Part shown: positions 25,775 to 39,042 of the stretch, in pieces
How positions within the stretch are numbered: the stretch's first letter is position 1
Layout of the letters: each line of letters opens with the position of its first letter
Assembly: GCA_963921275.4 (NCBI GenBank)
Contig: OZ001293.3
Span: forward strand, 5,760,001 to 5,824,000
Direction: 5' to 3'
DNA: 64,000 nucleotides
Source of the DNA: an uncultured Hormoscilla sp.
GTDB lineage: Bacteria; Cyanobacteriota; Cyanobacteriia; Cyanobacteriales; Desertifilaceae
Notes under the pieces: generated by a model
What the model was told of the DNA's origin: nothing
Database searches by the model: none
The model's input: the letters and a program-made list of their open reading frames with translations, nothing else
Translations under genes and position numbers: made by a program

Positions 25775-27512
25775 GGCTATCAACTTAAGCCGGGACAGTA
25801 AGTCGGGGTAAGGGATTGGGCGATTATGTTTTTGATGACTGTCGTGGCAGGGGGATCTCACTCATATGGTCTACAACCCACTCAAATAGATTCTCATGCA
25901 TAGTATCCAAAGAGTCGTTGCGCTGCTGTGGTACCATCCGCTCGCCTGATGTCAAAATTGTAAATGACAGTGAGTACCGCTAAGCTTTGAGCCGAAAAGC
26001 CGCGAGAGGAATGATGGAGACCAGACAAATAGCCATTGCGTCCTTCCACAGCTGATGAGGTACGTTGATATTTAAGAACTATCCAGTTTGCCCACTCCAC
26101 CCGGGACGTGCATCACAGGACAGTTCTTGAGTCAGAGGGTAGGCTTCCAAGGGATCTGAGGCCAGGGAGGCAGCCGCCTGATAGGCCAGTTTGAGCTTTT
26201 TTTGTTGATTTTTGCCTGCTTGTTGATGCCAAGAGGCCCAGGGTAACAACAGTTCCAGCACCCACTGTTGTAACTCAAGATCATCGGTTTTGGCCCTCAG
26301 GGGCTTTCCCCAGGGCCACCAAGCATGAATGCCTTCAACAAAGGAGGGAATGTGCCGTTCAAAGGTGTCAATAGCGGTTTGGGCCTTGTTTGTGCCCTAG
26401 TGCATCGCCTCTTAAGCGAGCTGTTCGAGGCAAGAACTCAGATAACTAGATAGTTCCTGCCCCAGTTGCCAACTTTCGGTGGTGAGGTTGAACGGATGAA
26501 TCCCCTGGGTGATGGCATGGAGGATCTGGTGATCGGTTATCTGACTAGACTCTAAGGCAAGCCGCTGCACAGTTAGCTGTTCTCCCAACTCTATGAGTTT
26601 GGTACCCTTGGTCTCACTGGTCGTCTTGGCCAATTGCTCGTTTCTGAAAAAAGTTTTTTCAGTTGGCTGTGCTGACGGCCAATTGCGCTACCCAGAGGTT
26701 AGCCTAAGTCGCGTAAGGCATGAAACAAGTCAGCCACCCAGCTACAGCCCAAAGCTTCTAGGGCCAGTTTAATCAGGATGAAAGCTCCATCACTGACCAT
26801 GAAGTGACAGTGCCATCCCCCTTGAGTCCAGCACGATTGTATTTGCTGTTGCCAGGTTTCCTAGGTGCGATTGTCACTTTCGACAAAGGGTGAAAATGTA
26901 GCCACGCTCTCAATTCCACCATCACCAAAATGGGTAAGCCTCCTAAGGTTTCATCTCCCCCCAGGCCGATTCCCTGCCCCTCAGAGGGTTGACACTTCTG
27001 GGCTTGGGCACAACTGTCACCGGAGAATTGCCTCTCCCATCTTTTACTGTAAGCTGCGCAAGGCAGTTGCCGAACAACATGGTGGTGCAACCCCATCGCC
27101 CGAAAGAATTCTGATAGACTCTCAGCTCCAATTCCCTGCTTGATGCCGAAATAATAGACAACCCCGTTCCACTAATAGCCTTAGCCAGGCGCTTCCCACC
27201 TCCGTCTCCCACCAGGAAGATTCACCGATGCTGCCCTCGACGGGCAATCCCTTGTTGATGGCCCCCGACGCTGCTAATGGAATTGACCGGTAGCTTCGGC
27301 AATCCCTAGTCAAGCTTTTGACACCCTCTTGGAGTCGGCATTTGGCTACTAATAAACAGCTTTCCGGTATAGTAAGACTCATGGTTCCTGATTTGAAGAT
27401 TTACTTCGGATACGATACCAATCCCTGTGACTTGTTGCAGGGATTTTTTTGAGAGAGGATTTTTTTATACATTTAATCTCCGGAGTTTTTGTCCCGCTTT
27501 ACGCTGATAGCC
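25775..27512 (-). mobile_element. Degenerate IS (DUF6399-type putative transposase)
   Basis: Imperfect TIRs GGCTATCA...TGATAGCC; 8-bp TSD GGAGAGGA; QRTSSAVEGRNG motif. Confidence 0.8.
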
Positions 27513-27764
27513 GGAGAGGAGGGTTTGGTGGTTGCTTGTGAGGTGGAACGAACTTACCTACGCAAGCTGAACACAGATGAGGTGGTATCAGCAGTTCGTC
27601 ATAGTATATGGATGGAGCATGAGTTGAAGGTTTACGGAGTATTGCTACTTAAGACTGCCAGGATTTCTAAAACTTCCAGCGGAAAAATTCAGCGTCGTGC
27701 TTGTCGCCAAGGCTAGCTAAAGAAGGAACTACATTTGGTGGGGGAGTAGACGACAAAAGAGTTA

Positions 27765-29400
27765 GTGGAACCAATAAATAAACACAGGCCATTAACAACC
27801 AAAGATACAGGCAGCCAATTCCGTGCCGATAACTTGCTTAAATGGTTGCGTGACTATGCCTCAGAACGCATTAACTCTCGCTTAATTGATGAAAGGCGTT
27901 GCATTCCACCCCATATTGTTCTCGATTTCGGAAACCGTGGGCTTTTAGGTTTGCAAGTGCCAAAGCAATATGGTGGGATAAGTTGAAATTATTATGATAC
28001 TTTTCAGGTATTTGAACAACTAGGAGCGATTGATTTAACCCTAGCTGCTTTTGTGGGTGTTCATCATATCCTGGGAACTCGTCCAATTATGAAGTATGCC
28101 AAGGATTCTGTCAGAGATGAACTTTTACCCTTGATTGCTCAGGGTCGTGAGTTAGCTGCTTTTGCTATTACAGAACCCGGCGCAGGCTCGAATCCAAGAG
28201 CTATTGCTACTACTGCACTTCCAGAAACTAGCGGGGGTTGGCGACTGAGAGGGCAAAAAATATGGATTGGTACAGGTTCATGGGCTAGCGTAACTAATGT
28301 TTTCGTTCAAATGTTGGATGCTAATCATCAGCCCATAGGGATTGGTGGCTTTGCTGTGCGTCAGGGTACAAAGGGTTTTCGCCAGGGTCATGAGGCAATG
28401 ACAATGGCTATGCGGGGCATGCTTCAAAATAGGATCTACTTTGACGATGTTCCAGTTAGTTCAGAGTATTTGCTAGGAGAAATAGGAAATGGTTTAGAAG
28501 TTGCCCAGGATGCGATGATGTATGGTCGCTTGGGATTAGGGGTAATCAGTCTGGGGGGAATGAAACGCTGTGCTCAGTTGATGCTGCGTTATAGTGAGCG
28601 TCGTAATGTTTCCACTGGTCGCTTACTGGATAACCCAGTTACTTTAGTTCGTTTAAGGGATCTGACCGCAGCGATTACAGCTTTGGAAACTTTGGTGTTT
28701 ACTATTGCTCAATTGCTAGATCGGGGAGTTCGGTCCCCGAAGAAGTTTACACTGCTTGTAAGATATCTGGTCCTGAGTTTCTCTGGCAAGCAGCATACCA
28801 TTTGGTTCAGGTACTGGGAGGTCGTGGTTATATTGAGACTAATATGGCTCCTCAAATTCTACGGGATGCTAGACTGCTGCGTATTTTTGAAGGTCCGACT
28901 GAAACGCTCAATATGTTCTTGGGTTCTCGTGTAATTCAGACAGGAGAGGATCTTTACCAATTCTTATCTGAGACATTAGAAGTTCCAGCAGTGGCTGAAG
29001 GTCTGAAAAATGCTACGGAAGAAATTAGGGATCGCTTGAGGAATTAGAGCCGATTTGCTGAAAATAATACCGCTGTACGATGGGCTTATGTTTGTACAGG
29101 TGAACTAGCAACTTGGGCTATAATATTGGCAGCGGTGAAAGGAAATTTGAAACATTTAGGTGATGAGTCTTTGCAGATGGCTGCCACTTGGGCTGAATTA
29201 CAGTTTGAACAAAAACTTCAGCTTGTGTTGATGGGAACACCAGGAGAAATGGTGGGATATGATGCTGAAGATATGGCTGCTCGAATAGGTAACTATGCCG
29301 GAGAAATTGGCGATTTAGAACAAACTCTCCCTTCCCTGGGGAAGACCATGAACTGGATGAATTTCTGCGTCAAACATCTACAGTAAAATCCAAGAAAAAT
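27765..29400 (+). pseudogene. Acyl-CoA dehydrogenase domain
   Basis: AFAITEPGAGSN, LRGQKIWI, VLGGRGY and RIFEGPTE motifs; internal stops and frameshifts. Confidence 0.88.
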
Positions 29401-29571
29401 TCCGATGTAGAGTTGAATCACCAGGAGCCAACAGATGTTGTTAGGCAGCAGCAATCAAGTTATTATGTCAATAAATATATAGAGTTTCTCATAGTCATGA
29501 GGTACAGTAACAGCAGTGAGCAAACCAATTGTGAATGTCTTGCTGACTTACCTGTAGAATAGCATCTGCAA

Positions 29572-31139
29572 TTGCCTCGATTAAATCTTTATAGTAGAAT
29601 AAAGTCAGATGAAATTGAAAATTGGATAGAAAAATGGTTAGCAAAACAACCAGGAATTGATGCTGCCGCTATTGCCAGTCAAACATCTTGGGCTGATTAT
29701 GGTATGGATTCTGTTACTGAAATTCCTGGGGGGCGATGGGATGTAAAACATTACTATGACCCAGATCCAGATGTTTCGGGCAAAATGTATACTCAATCCG
29801 GAGGGTTTCTGGAGGAGGTGGATCGGTTCGATGCACAATTGTTTAGGATTTCTCCCGAAGAAGCCGTTGCTATGGATCCTCAGCAAAGGTTATTATTAGA
29901 GGTGAGTTGGGCAGCATTGGAACATGCAGGGTTAGCATCGGATCGACTTCAAGGTAGCCAAACTGGAGTATTTATGGGATCTGCTTTGAGGATTATTCCC
30001 GCTTGAGTGTTAACTCTGGAGAGCCAAAAAAGATAGATGCCTACAGTAGCTTGGGACATGCTCGTAGTATTGCAGCAGGACGTATAGCATATATTTTTGG
30101 TTTCAATGGTCCCACTTTGTGTGTGGATACAAGTTGTTCTTCTTCCCTTTTATCAGTTCACCTGGCTTGTCATAGTTTGCGTTTGGGAGAGTGTAATTTA
30201 GCTTTAGCTGGTGGCGTGAACCTAATGCTTAGCCCGGAAACAACAATTAGTTTATGCAAACTCAAGGCTTTGGCTGCTGATGGTCGTTGCAAAACCTTTG
30301 ATGCTTCTGCCGATGGTTACGGTAGAGGAGAGGGTTGTGGAATTATCATACTCAAGCGTCTATCGGATGCAGTGGCTGATGGAGACAACATTTTTGCTCT
30401 AATTCGGGGTTCAGCGGTCAATCATGATGGTAAAAGCAATGGTCTAACCGCTCCAAATGGTTTAGCTCAGGAGGCTGTAATAGAACAAGCTTTGAAGAAT
30501 GCCCGGGTAGAGCCTAAGGAAATTCAATACGTAGAAGCTCATGGAACTGGTACATCTCTGGGAGATCCCATTGAAGTTTTAGCCCTAGGGAAAGTGTTGG
30601 GTCAAAACCGGGCAGAAGATCGGCCTCTGAAAATTGGTTCAGTAAAAACTAATTTTGGCCATCTTGAAGGTGCTGCGGGGGTGGCAGGTCTGATGAAGGT
30701 GGTTCTTGGGTTGCAGCATCAACAGATTCCTCCCCATCGACTTTTGAAAGAGCCAAACCCTCATATTCCCTGGCAGAAATTGCCGATTACAGTGCCAACG
30801 GAATTAACTCCTTGGGAATCAGAGCAAAAAGGACGTTTGGCAGGGGTAAGTTCTTTTGGCATGAGTGGGACGAACGTTCATATGATCTTAGAAGAAGCCC
30901 CTTTCTCAGTTATCAGTCAAAAGTCAACAGTCAACAGCAACCGGGTAATCGAGCGATCGCACCAAATCATCACTCTATCTGCCAAGGGTGAAAAAGCGCT
31001 GCAAGAACTAGCACAAAGGTATGAAGAATTTTTAGGGAATAATACCCCAGATGAGATCGCAGATATATGTTTTACAGCCAATACAGGGCGATCGCACTTT
31101 AATCATCGTCTCGCTATTATCGCCTCTGACCGACAATAA
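29572..31139 (+). pseudogene. Half ACP joined to a type I ketosynthase
   Basis: DYGMDSV followed directly by TEIPGGRWD; MDPQQRLLLE, DTSCSSS, EAHGTGT and KTNFGHLE motifs. Confidence 0.9.
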
Positions 31140-33854
31140 TTAGCTGATAAGTTAGCAAAAATCAGTGCGGGAGAAGAAACTTTAGGTGTATTTTCGGGAA
31201 AACTCTCTGGTAATAGTAAATCACCTAAAATTGCCTTCTTGTTTACCGAGCAAGGTTCTCAGTATGTCAACATGGGAAGACAACTCTATGAAACCAAACC
31301 TGTCTTCCGTCGAGCCTTAGACCAGTACGAGTAAATTCTACAATCTTATTTAGAGATATCTCTTTTCGATGTTATTTATCCTGCCAATACTGAAGGATTA
31401 AATAGTTATGTGATTGACCAAACTGCTTATAGTCAACCAGCTCTATTTGCCATTGAATATGCTCTAGTCCAATTATGGCAATCCTGGGGAATTAAACCGG
31501 ATGTGGTGATGGGACATAGTGTGGGAGAATATGTGGCAGCAACAATAGCAGGAGTATTTAGCCTGGAAGATGGTTTGAAGTTAATTGCCTCTAGAGGAAG
31601 TTTAATGCAAGCCCTACCCCCTGGGGGTGAGATGGTGGCGGTGTGGGCATCGGAGATCCAAGTACGAGAGGCGATTGAACCATTAGCAGAGGAAATAGGG
31701 ATCGCAGCCATTAACGGTCCGCAAAGTATTGTGATTTCTAGTAAATCTCAGGCAGTCCAAGCTGTCATCGCCACCCTGCCATCTCAAGGGATAAAGGCCA
31801 AAAAGCTGAAGGTTTCTCACCCCTTCCACTCCCCCCTGATGAAGCCAATGCTGGCAGATTTTGAGCAGGTTGCTAAAGAGGTGACCTACTCCGCACCAGA
31901 GATAGACTTAATTTCTAATCTTACCGGAGAGTTAGCCACACCAGAGATAGCAACTGCTGAATACTAGACCTCTTGCAAAAGTCTCAGGGAGGGGGATTAT
32001 AGATGAATTTAGTTTCGCCTAAATAGAGCCTGTTTGATAAGTATTACTTATAACTTTAGTTCCTATCTACAGAAGCGAGTGCATCCATACCCATATTCAC
32101 CCAAATTACCGTCGAGCGCCTTGTAATTTCCCCTAAAACCTTATTTTGCCGAAAAATTTGACACTCGTCACCTGTGAGTTGTTGTGCAACCCATAGTTTC
32201 TCAAGCCCTTACTGGATAAATATTTCAGCGGCAAACGATCGAAATTCCAGCAGATGAGCGTGTCGCTTAATTTTATTTCAGGCTATCTGCTTGACTGGAC
32301 CTTCAAATCATAGTATCCCAGCAATCAAATTAAATCTGAGTTGAAATCTTTTTCTTCGATTACGATAAGTTTCTCCTAAGATTTTAAATACTTTAAGTTC
32401 TCGATTAACATGTTCAATGGCGACCTGACGACAAATTTAGATTTATTTTTTTGTCAGATTCAATTGACCATTTTTAGGCTTTTTCTTAGGTAATTGGCTG
32501 TTTTTATGAAGATTCTGAATACCTTGATATCCTTTATCAACATAACATTCAATTTCTTTATGAAAATGAGTTTTGCTCTTTTTAAACAAAATGTACTTCC
32601 TTTGTAAAATGACAAATTATCTCTTTGCTCTCTAAATATCCCTTGAAATTTAACGTTGCTTTTGTTTGCCGCTATAATACTTTTTTTGCTTTTTTGACTG
32701 AGGGTCTTTCTATAGGACTTTCTGTTGCATCCATTGCGGTAATTTTATGATAATCTGGTAATAATAAAGCTTTCTTCCCAGGTAGATGAAAGTCTGGATG
32801 ATTAATTAAAATTTTCTCAGTTTTCGGTTCTACAAACAGTTGATTCGCCGTGTCTCCTGGGAGCTTGATGTCCCCCGGAACCACGGCGCGGGGGACATCA
32901 TATTCGCACAAAAGACACGGCAGAGACATCCCACCTTTTATTTAAAGAAAAATATGAATGATACTCCCGATAATATTCTAAAGTCCTTAAAATTTGTTCA
33001 GATATAGATAATTTTGCAGGTCTAGCTTTTTTTTTCTTTTGTTGCTCAGATAAATTGACGATCGGAAACCATTTTTCTATGAGTTTCAGGTAGGACACCA
33101 AATAATCCTATTCATATCCGAGGGGTTGGTTAGCCTGTTCTTCATTCATAAGTAATCCTTATCATTCGTGCTCGCTAACCACCTATTATAGCCTAACCTG
33201 TCAAAAAAACATGAGTAAAAATACTCATGTGCTCGACTTTTGCAAGAGGTCTACTGGTTAAATCATGTGGTGCAGCCCGTGAGATTTGCTGCTAGCATGA
33301 AGACCCTCCATCAACATGGTTATAAGGTGTTTGTAGAGATAGGTCCGAAACCGACCTTATTGGGAATGGGTCGTCAATGTCTGAGGGAAGGAGTAGGAGT
33401 TTGGTTGCCCAGTCTGCGTCCGGGTCAAGGAGACTGGCAACAAATACTTCAGAGTTTGGGTGAGTTATACATCCATGGAGTGTCTGTGGACTGGTGGGGT
33501 TTCCATCGGGACTATCCGAAGCAAAAGATAGTATTGCCCACTTATCCCTTCCAGCGAGAACGCTACTGGTTGTCACCAAAAGCAATCTCTGAACCCGCAG
33601 CATCAATAGGGAACCAGACTTCTTTCAAACCCAACAAAACGGACACTGAAGACACAGTCGCAGCTAAAATCCAGAGCATAATCTCAGAGATTGGCCAAAT
33701 TCCCAAGGAAAAACTTAACCTTGATAATACACTGCGGGAACTGGGTTTTGACTTCTTGATGTTAATGGAAATGAAAAGTAGATTAATGGCGACCTTTCCC
33801 ATCTATAAAGATTTGCCCCTGAAGGTGTTATTTGGCAGTGCAACAGTTGGGTAG
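31140..33854 (+). pseudogene. PKS acyltransferase (malonyl-type) and ACP, IS-interrupted
   Basis: GHSVGE, VSHPFHS and LPTYPFQRERYW motifs; ACP LGFDFL with the Ser replaced by Phe. Confidence 0.88.
31966..33252 (-). mobile_element. Degenerate IS5-family (ISL2-like) element
   Basis: TIRs AGACCTCTTGCAAAAGTC / GACTTTTGCAAGAGGTCT; 3-bp TSD ACT; DATESPIERP motif; another copy of one end near 41853. Confidence 0.8.
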
Positions 33855-34462
33855 TTGCTCGATTTCGTATCCCTAAATATCTTGGCTACTTCAGGTTGGG
33901 AAAATCGCCAGCAATCTCCCCTTAATCCACCAGCTTGGGCAGTATTTCAAGATTGGGCAAGGGAATTCCAGCCCGGGAATATTGTTCGGATAGAGAAGCA
34001 TTTAGTTCACAAGCATCAAGAGCAAAACGTGCTCATTTCCCGAATCGAACAGCTAGAGGAGGACTTGATTATTGGTGAAGTAGTCCAGGACGTTTACCAT
34101 CCATTCTTTTACGAACACCCCTTGGATCATTTACTGGGTTTATATATCATCGAAGCTGCCTGTCAATTTGCAACCTTCCTCTGCCATCTTTACTTGAACG
34201 TTCCTCTAAATATGCCGTTTGTACTCGAGGATATGGGAGTTCAGTTTTACAAGTTTGCAGAAACCCATTAACCTCTATTTTTGAGTACGAAAATCCATGA
34301 CAAAGTCTAGACTGACGGTCTACTGGAACATCTCCAAGTCAGGACGTCAGTTATTCAAAACGAAGAAACTATTGCATCGAGCGGTGGGATTGGCAGGATT
34401 TTTGAGCCTGCCAAATACAACATCTTGAGAAAAGAAAGTCTTCAAGCACTCATGTCTGAATG
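33855..34462 (+). pseudogene. AfsA/ScbA-like hotdog domain at the PKS C-terminus
   Basis: LVHKxxxxNVL and HPFFYEHPLDHxxGxxxxEAAxQ motifs; in frame with the ACP across a single TAG. Confidence 0.75.
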
Positions 34463-34498
34463 AATTGATTAATTAGATCCAAATATAGGAGAAGTAAA

Positions 34499-36069
34499 AT
34501 GGAGCGAAAAACCTATGCAGTAGTTGGTGGTGGAGCCTCATGAATCGCTGCCGCCTATTATCTTCAACAGCAGGGAATCAAGGTGGAACTCATCGAGGGA
34601 GGAGATCGCCGAGGCGGTCGTATAGCCACCTGCAGTTTAGGCGATCGTCAAGTGGCTATGGGGGGCAAGAATATTGGTAAAGGCTATAACCTGTTTCGTC
34701 AGTTTACTGAAACAATGGGGAACAACCCTTATGAATTCTTTGGCTTGAACAGCTCTCAGGTAAAAAACGGTAAGATTTTTACCCTGGATGGCAGCCGACG
34801 CTGGCGCGGTATCTTCAAGTTTCTCGAACGCTATCAAGTCAAGGATATTTTCTGATTCTTGCTGATGTGTGCTGCTGTGAAGCGAAATGAAGCCAACGGC
34901 TATTTGGGTGGTCCCTACTTTACTTCATTGATACGGAAGTTGAAGGATCAGCCTGTCAGCAATTATTTCAGCCAAGAATTTTGCCAGAGACTGATCCGCC
35001 TGATGTCCGTGCGCATGAACGGAGCAGAACCTGATGAAATCTACGTAGGAAATCTAGGTAGCAATATCCGCATGATTTTGGATACCTACGAACAACTCTG
35101 CAATGGCATCGATCCGGTTTTGGAGCAGTTTTCCCAAAAAGTATCGGTGGGTCTGGGTACAACCGTCAAATCACTTCTGTATTCCAACGGTTCCGTGGTT
35201 GGACTAGAGATGGCTAACCAAGACGGGATTCATCAGCAGCGCTATGATGGGGTGATTCTGGCAACTCCTGCTCCGGTGACAGCCAAGCTGGTGGAGCCCC
35301 ATAATCAATTGCTAGCAGAGATTCTCAGTGGTGTTAGCTACTATCCCGTGATGGTAATTGTGGCGGAGTACAATCGTACCATTTTCTCCGAGCAAGTTCG
35401 GGCTTTGGTTTTTGGTGCTGAAGAACCGATCAGTAATGCAGGTTCCTATGGTAGGGCTTGCTGAATAAAACCAGAAGCCTTGTCAGATAAGGATTTCAGG
35501 CATTTTGGGTACCCTAAAAGTGCCTTGTAATGACATCTGGGCACTCAAAAACCTTGCACATTCATCAGAAATAGTTGGGTTTCTTGAGTCCCATTGGTCA
35601 CGAACCTACGATAATTCTGCGCTGTGTGACCTCGCACATTCGCTTTGAAAACTTTTTCAGCAAGCTCTATGGTATCAACGATCGTCACATTGTCCGATAT
35701 ACCTTCAGCGGTCGCTCTGCTCGACCTTATATTGAATCAAACGCGGATGCAGAGGAATTACTGATCATAGCCGAAGAAGCCCTAAACCGCTATATTCCCG
35801 TTGATGCTAGGGAACGAGTTCAATTTGTATCCCAGCGAATGCTAACAGGACTGTGTGCCTATACCCATAACTATCAAGACTTCTTTGGGAGCATCCAGTC
35901 CCAATTAGAAACTCTTCCGGGACTGGAGATAACCGGAGATTACATCAATGGAGCTTCTATTGAAGCATGTTTTCAAGCAGGTAAAGCATGTGTAGAAAAG
36001 GTTTTGCGATGGCGTACCGCTATTGTGCAACGGGAGCAAATAGCTCAAGGAGTGCTTATTCACCAGTAA
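34499..36069 (+). pseudogene. FAD-dependent oxidoreductase (protoporphyrinogen/amine oxidase-like)
   Basis: AVVGGGAS*IAAA Rossmann motif with a stop; GGRIAT, VILATPA and GDY...SIEAC motifs; MITE inserted. Confidence 0.8.
35454..35667. mobile_element. 214-bp MITE
   Basis: TIRs GGGCTTGCTGAA / TTCAGCAAGCTC; TSD TATGGTA; partial inverted copy at about 38120-38271. Confidence 0.85.
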
Positions 36070-36085
36070 TTTAATATATCTTTTT

Positions 36086-36145
36086 ACGTGGGGGAAGTTT
36101 ATTGATGCTGGTCAAACTTGTGTTGCCTCTGATTACTTATTAGTA
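36086..36145 (+). pseudogene. Aldehyde dehydrogenase fragment
   Basis: WGKFIDAGQTCVASDYLLV catalytic-Cys motif. Confidence 0.7.
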
Positions 36146-37157
36146 ACTCAAGTTGCGACCTATAAAAATTGGATACAAAAAGCTATGATAAAGAGAATTA
36201 TTTTCAACTCTAATCCCTTAGATGTAACAGCATGAATTGACTTGGGAAACAAATTGGTGATTCGACTAAAACAGGTTTCAACTTGTTTTCTTGTTACTTT
36301 TTGTATATATTCAAAACAAGAATATTCTTTTCTTTTTGAGTTCTTTTTTCGCAAAGGTTTTAATATTATACTTGACGACTCTTTTAGTAAATCCTATAAT
36401 TGATAATCATTATAAGCTTTATCTCCATAAACTATTGAATTTGATGGTAAGTCAAAGCCAAAAGATTGCAAAACTTTAACATCATTATAACTACCAGGAT
36501 CTAGATAAAATTCTATTGGCTTTCCATTTTTGTTTACCAACATATGAACTCTTAATCCATAAAAATAACGTTTTTTACTGGCAATATACCCTCGATATTC
36601 TTCCTTGTTATAAATTTGGCATCTATCAATCCTAATATTATCACATACTGGCACCGGGAAACTATCAAGAATATATTCTTGACCCGGATTGAGCTCTTTA
36701 AATGTTTGAGCTATAACTTGGAAGAAAAACATCCAAATTGGTTCCTCAATATTGTGTAATCGACGATTGAACCTACTTTTACTTAACAGATTTTTTATAT
36801 ACTTGTGTTGGACCATAAATTGACAAGAGCGATCGTAATGTCCTCCGAAAAAATATGCAGCAACTAATCCGACTGTCATCACTTCGGCATTGTTCATTTT
36901 TACTTGTGGATCTTCTTTTATATTTAACGCTTTTAGTAGCTCGTCACAAAGAACAAAAATTGTTGTAATCATATCTTCCATCATCTACATCCCCCAGCAA
37001 TTAACTATTATTTTAGTACATTATAACCTATAAACAGCCAACCCGCCGTCTAGCACAAAAAAAATATAATTTTGTATCAAAAGCTACGAAATATCCCAAA
37101 TATCTGTAAAGTCTAAGTGGGTAATTCATATTTTTTTTAATAGGTCGCAACTTAGGT
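36146..37157 (-). mobile_element. IS982 copy 2, transposase with a nonsense codon
   Basis: Near-identical to 24130-25141; 8-bp TSD TATTAGTA; GAG>TAG at 36394-36396. Confidence 0.9.
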
Positions 37158-37315
37158 TATTAGTAAATCGGGGTGCATCTCAGTTTTGAAATTTAGCAAT
37201 TGAAAATTGAGCAAGAGTTAATTGAGAATTGTTCCATTTTCCCTTCCGAATTCGCAATTAACCCCGTACCATTCGCAAATACAAATACAAAAGTGAGATG
37301 CTCCCGTAAATCCTC

Positions 37316-37507
37316 CTAGAGAGTCGGTCCAGTAGAGGGGGTTGACAAAAAAATCAAATGTAATGCACTAAAACCTCGGTCCATTAATATAACTTGACAA
37401 ATACAAACATCTGTGCATCAAGGAAAAACGTCCCGATCGCGGGGCGATTTTCCACAATTATTCAATAGAAAATAGAAAATAGAAAATCTACTGGACCGAC
37501 GTTCTAG
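37316..37507. mobile_element. MITE
   Basis: TIRs CTAGAGAGTCGGTCCAGTAGA / TCTACTGGACCGACGTTCTAG. Confidence 0.7.
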
Positions 37508-37547
37508 CAACCCTTGAGCTGAGGCGGAGCCTCAGACCCTAGTTCAC

Positions 37548-37948
37548 GGGGTGTGGTCAAAAATAGTTGATGGGGATGCCTAGTACAGCTAGCTGCACTA
37601 GGTTGTACCCTAAGGGAGAACAGAGAACTCCGAAGGGATAAATTACGTTACAGCATGTTTGGACATGCCGTAACGTAACTATTAAGTCCAAACTCCGAAA
37701 TAACCTCACGTCAAAGCATGTTAAAAAAGGCAATATATCAACTAAAAAGTCCTATTTTCCGCAGATAGTTATGTTTAAGTATGTAAAAAAGCGCTTTCTT
37801 TAATAAATATTAAGATAGTTATGCATTTTTAAACATTTAAAAGTATGTTATACCTGAACTAAAAAGTCCGAACTCGGAAGGGAGAACAAGAGGCAGGTTA
37901 AGAAGTCAGAATTCGCAGAAATTACCAACAAGGTTTTGACCGCACCCC
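37548..37948. mobile_element. Non-autonomous element
   Basis: TIRs GGGGTGTGGTCAAAA / TTTTGACCGCACCCC. Confidence 0.65.
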
Positions 37949-38289
37949 GGCTACCAACGTAAAGCGGGACATCAATCAAGCCATGCATATGTATAAAAAA
38001 GCACCATGAACCTGAGGCACTGATGAGATACAGTATAGTGGTTGACAAATAGCGTATCACTGGTAGTGGTTACTTCCGGATTTTTGGGGGAACCAAGGCG
38101 ATGAACCCACTATATCGTAGGTTCGTGACCAATGGGACTCAAGAAACCCAACTATTTCTGATGAATGTGCAAGGTTTTTGAGTGCCCAGATGTCATTACA
38201 AGGCACTTTTAGGGTACCCCAAATGCCTGAAATCCTTATCTGACAAGGCTTCTGGTTTTATTCAGCAAGCCTTACTTATCTGTCGAGCG

Positions 38290-38830
38290 CATCAATATCT
38301 GTTCAAAAGTTTGGGCTCCGACCAAGTCGATTGATAATAATTGGACCAATAAGTTTGCCAATCATTATTAACTCTTAAGCTCCTTAAAGCTAACATCTCA
38401 TCATCCTTCTCAATTGTCCACCAAGCACCGGGCAATTTCAATCGTTCTTGAATTACATAACGATGCGCCAATTTCTCCAGAACCAATTGGTAAATTAGCC
38501 TCTATCGCTCCTTGCTCGTCCAAGTATTCAAGCCTGTTTTTTATGTGTACAAACTCGAACGGGAGCTAATTTATCAGCTATATGCTCGGGTTCCATATGG
38601 GGGGATAAATTATTTAATACCTTGAGTACCTGATTCTTTTTAAGGGATTGTTTTTGTTGTTTTAACCAAGTTTCCTGTGACTGAGAATTCCCACCAAATA
38701 TTCACATGATAAAAATCTATTAGATAAGTAGCACTTTCTCCAAACAAGCGCCTCACCTGATTGACAAGTGGCTCCGATGGCATGAAGCTTAGTCTTGCGA
38801 CCTATACCAGCCCTAATAGCACTATTTAAT
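38290..38830 (-). mobile_element. ISKra4-like transposase remnant
   Basis: AHRYVIQERLKLPGAWW...MLALR motif. Confidence 0.7.
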
Positions 38831-39042
38831 AATTGTTTTCCTGTATCATCTACAGTACCTACAGTACCTGCAATGATAGGATTTTTCTCCCCTGCGCAGG
38901 AGTGATAGAGGAGCTAGAGTTTCACCTTTCCAAAACCCAACTGCTGCAAGACCACACCGTAGGGTGGGCACTGCCCACCAACGCCGCGAGCCAGAGCCTC
39001 TTGAGAGACGTTCCCTGTCAGAGTCAGGGAACGAGATCGTTT

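Larger units (their letters stand above)
23283..27750 (+). pseudogene. Fatty acyl-AMP ligase domain, split by two IS insertions, stops and frameshifts
   Basis: AFLQYTxGSTGTPKG, CYGMAEATL, RTGDLGF, GRNYYPQDIE and KTSSGKIQR motifs. Confidence 0.9.
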
